Shown piece after piece: positions 58,804 through 64,000 of a DNA stretch of 64,000 nt. A model generated the notes under the pieces. It worked only from the letters and a program-made list of their open reading frames with translations. It was not told where the DNA came from and did not search any database. The position numbers and the translations under genes were made by a program. The first letter of the stretch is position 1, and every line of letters starts with the position of its first letter. Source of the stretch: Eledone cirrhosa (taxonomy: Eukaryota); assembly GCA_964016885.1 (NCBI GenBank), contig OZ024741.1:332196001-332260000 (forward strand). The letters run 5' to 3'.

Positions 58804-59016
58804 GCATAAACACACTTCATTTGTATTTTAAATGTGAATATATAAATTCACACATGCTCACACAGTCTCACATGCACACATCTCTCTCTCTCTATATATA
58901 TATATACACATATGCTTGCATATGTGTGAATGTTCCTGTGTATGTATATATATATATATATATATATAAATGAAAGGTATAGAAATTGTTTTAGTGATAA
59001 GCTAACAGTATTCCAT

Positions 59017-59079
<63 letters not shown>

Positions 59080-59126
59080 AATGAGACATATAGAGATTGT
59101 TTTATATTATATATATATATATATAA

Positions 59127-59171
<45 letters not shown>

Positions 59172-59739
59172 TTACGTATATATAATTGCAAAAAATTATG
59201 TATATGTGTGTATATGTGCACATGTGTGCATATCTGTGTGCATGCATGTGCATGTATATGCATGTGCATGTATATGCATGCATGCGTATATGTGTGTATA
59301 TGTGTATGCATGTGTGTGTGTATATTTATGAGTGTATATGTGTATGTGTATGTGTATTTATTTGTGTGTGTCTGTCTGTGTAGTAGGTTGGGGAATATTT
59401 TGCATATTTTTATTGCTCCATTGTATTTGTGTTAGAGGAGTGAAGCAATTTATTTCCTCTTATTTAAGCTACAAAGGAAGGGGCAGAGCCCAGAGCCTTG
59501 ATCTCCAGGGGTCAATATCTGTGGGACAACATGGCTAGGGGAAAACATAGAAAGGGGTTACATTTAAATAAAGGAAGTATTCAGATAACATCACCAAATA
59601 ATTAAACCTCAGAGATTTATCTTTTTAAATAGAATAAATGTTTTTTGTTGTTGTTGTTTGTTTGTTTGTCCTGCAAAGGCATGGCTGTGTGATTAAGATG
59701 CTTGCGTCACAACAATGGAGTTTTGGTTTCAATCCCATG

Positions 59740-62700
59740 GCACCATTACCACCCACCATTACCACACGATACATATCATAAACCACAGCACCACACACCA
59801 TTACCACACACTATTACCATATACCACACACCATCACAACACACTATTACTACATACCACACACCATTCACTACCCACCACACACCACTTACCACACACC
59901 ATTCACCACACACTACACACCACACACTACACACCGCACACTACACACCGCACACTACACACCGCACACCATTCACAACACACCACACACTACACACCAC
60001 ACACTACACACCGCACACCATTCACAACACACCACACACTACACACCATTCACCACACACTACACACTACAAACCACACACCATTCACCACACACCACAC
60101 ACCATCACCACACACTACACACCACACACCATCCACCACACACTACACACCACACACCATTCACCACACACCATTCACCACACACCATCCACCACACACT
60201 ACACACCACACACCATTCACCACACACCATTCACCACACACCATCCACCACACACTACACACCACACACCATTCACCACACACCATTCACCACACACCAT
60301 TCACCACACACCATTCACTACACACTACACACCATTCACCACACACCATCCACCACCAACTACACACCACACACATTCACCACACACCATTCACCACACA
60401 CCATCCACCACCAACTACACACCACACACATTCACCACACACCATTCACCACACACCACACACCATTCACCACACACTACACACCATTCATCACACACCA
60501 TTCACCACACACTACACACTACACACCACACACCATTCACCACACACCACACACCACACACTACACACCACACACCATTCACCACACACCACACACCACA
60601 CACTACACACCACACACCACACACCATTCACCACACACCACACACCACACACTACACACCACACACCATTCACCACACACCACACACCACACACTACACA
60701 CCACACACCATTCACCACACACTACACACCATTCATCACACACCATTCACCACACACTACACACTACACACCACACACCATTCACCACACACCACACACC
60801 ACACACGACACACCACACACCATTCACCACACACCACACACCACACACTACACACCACACACCATTCACCACACACCATTCACCACACACCACACACTAC
60901 ACACCACACATCATTCACCACACACTACACACCATTCATCACACACCATTCACCACACACTACACACTACACACCACACACCATTCACCACACACCACAC
61001 ATGACACACTACACACCATTCACCACACACCACACACCACACACTACACACCACACACCATTCACCACACACAATTCACCACACACCACACACTACACAC
61101 CACACACCACACACCACACACTACACACCACACACCATTCACCACACACCACACACCACACACTACACACCACACACCATTCACCACACATCATTCACCA
61201 CACACCACATACTACACACCACACACCATTCACCACACACCACACACTACACACCACACACCATTCACCACCACACACCACACACCACACACCACACACC
61301 ACACACCACACACCATTCACCACACACCACATACCACACACCACACACCATCACCACCCACCACACACCACACACTACACACCATTTACCACACACCACA
61401 CACCATCACCACACACTACACACCACACACCACACACCATTCACCACACACCACACACCATACACTACACACCACACACCATTCACCCCAGACCACACAC
61501 CACACACCACACACCACACACCATTCACCACACACCACACACCACACACCACACACTACACACTACACACCATTTACCACACACCACACACCATCACCAC
61601 ACACTACACACCACACACCACACACCATTCACCACACACCACACACTACACACCATTTACCACACACCACACACCATCACCACACACTACACACCACACA
61701 CCACACACCACCCACCACACACCACACACTACACACCATTTACCACACACCACACACCATCACCACACACTACACACCACACACCACACACCATTCACCA
61801 CACACCACACACCATACACTACACACCACACACCATTCACCACACACCACACACTACACACCATTCACCACACACTACACACTACAAACCACACACCATT
61901 CACCACACACCACACACCATCACCACACACTACACACCATCCACCACCAACTACACACCACACACATTCACCACACACCATTCACCACACACCATCCACC
62001 ACCAACTACACACCACACACATTCACCACACACCATTCACCACACACCACACACCATTCACCACACACTACACACCATTCATCACACACCATTCACCACA
62101 CACTACACACTACACACCACACACCATTCACCACACACCACACACCACACACTACACACCACACACCATTCACCACACACCACACACCACACACTACACA
62201 CCACACACCACACACCATTCACCACACACCACACACCACACACTACACACCACACACCATTCACCACACACCACACACCACACACTACACACCACACACC
62301 ATTCACCACACACTACACACCATTCATCACACACCATTCACCACACACTACACACTACACACCACACACCATTCACCACACACCACACACCACACACGAC
62401 ACACCACACACCATTCACCACACACCACACACCACACACTACACACCACACACCATTCACCACACACCATTCACCACACACCACACACTACACACCACAC
62501 ATCATTCACCACACACTACACACCATTCATCACACACCATTCACCACACACTACACACTACACACCACACACCATTCACCACACACCACACATGACACAC
62601 TACACACCATTCACCACACACCACACACCACACACTACACACCACACACCATTCACCACACACAATTCACCACACACCACACACTACACACCACACACCA

Positions 62701-64000
62701 CACACCACACACTACACACCACACACCATTCACCACACACCACACACCACACACTACACACCACACACCATTCACCACACATCATTCACCACACACCACA
62801 TACTACACACCACACACCATTCACCACACACCACACACTACACACCACACACCATTCACCACCACACACCACACACCACACACCACACACCACACACCAC
62901 ACACCATTCACCACACACCACATACCACACACTACACACCATCACCACCCACCACACACCACACACTACACACCATTTACCACACACCACACACCATCAC
63001 CACACACTACACACCACACACCACACACCATTCACCACACACCACACACCATACACTACACACCACACACCATTCACCACACACCACACACCACACACCA
63101 CACACCACACACCATTCACCACACACCACACACCACACACCACACACCATCACCACCCACCACACACCACACACTACACACCATTCACCGCACAATACAC
63201 ACGACACACCACGCACCACACACCATTCACCACACACACCACACACCATTCATCACCACACACTACACACCACACACCATTCACGACACACTACACACGA
63301 CACACGACACACCACACACACCACACACCATTCACCACACACACCACACACCACACACCACACACCACACACCATTCACCACACACACCACACACCACAC
63401 ACCACACACCACACACACCACACACCATTCACCACACACCACACACCACACACCACACACTACACACTACACACCATTCACCACACACACCACACACCAC
63501 ACACCACACACACCACACACCATTCACCACACACCACACACCACACACCACACACCACACACCATCACCACCCACCACACACCATCACCATACACTACAC
63601 ACCACACATCATTCACCACACACCACACACCATCACCACACACCACACACCACACACTACACACCACACACCATTCACCACACACCACACACCATCACTA
63701 CACACCACACACCACACACTACACACCACACACCACACACCATCACCACCCACCACACACCATCACCATACACTACACACCACACACCATCACTACACAC
63801 CACACATCATTCACCACACACCACACACCATCACCACACACCACACACCATACACTACACACCACACACCATTCACCACACACCACACACCATCACTACA
63901 CACCACACACCATCACCACACACCACACACCACACACCACACACCATCACTACACACCACACACCACACACCACACACCACACACCACACACACCACACA
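59740..64000. repeat. CA-rich satellite (CACACCA / CACACTA / CACACCATTCAC variants) with a 1591-bp offset duplication
   Basis: Runs to the end of the window; identical ORFs at 60512 and 62103. Confidence 0.92.

Noticed and set aside
59715-61004. 429-aa His/Thr-rich ORF
   Set aside because: CA-rich satellite that rarely forms stop codons; the start lies in a SINE head

Overview
This is an AT-rich eukaryotic window dominated by microsatellites and interspersed repeats. I found no host protein-coding exon I can recognise, so it reads as intergenic DNA or a very large intron. The repeat inventory (very dense (TA)n/(CAT)n/(CCA)n, tRNA-derived SINEs, RTE-clade LINE 3' ends) resembles an octopus/coleoid cephalopod genome; this is an inference. 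Almost all ORFs in the track are microsatellite translations. The genuine coding remnants are a 5'-truncated Penelope-like element (RT + GIY-YIG, 7.7-9.5 kb), a dead mariner transposase (15.0-16.3 kb) and several RTE LINE 3' fragments. Mariner, Tc2/pogo-like, hAT and piggyBac-like MITEs and SINE-seeded minisatellites fill much of the rest. Signals that standard repeat annotation would not name: (1) about ten hammerhead-ribozyme (HHR)-like motifs (CTGATGA-stem II-GAAA-short stem III-UH-stem I), only one of them next to a recognisable Penelope ORF; (2) two independent fold-back palindromes in which one arm keeps the HHR core segment and the mirror arm has lost it; (3) a repeat carrying two convergent tRNA-like Pol III cassettes; (4) repeated (TA)n-anchored inverted duplications. 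Some near-identical tandem duplications may be assembly artefacts. All RNA folds were made by eye and no ribozyme activity is shown.
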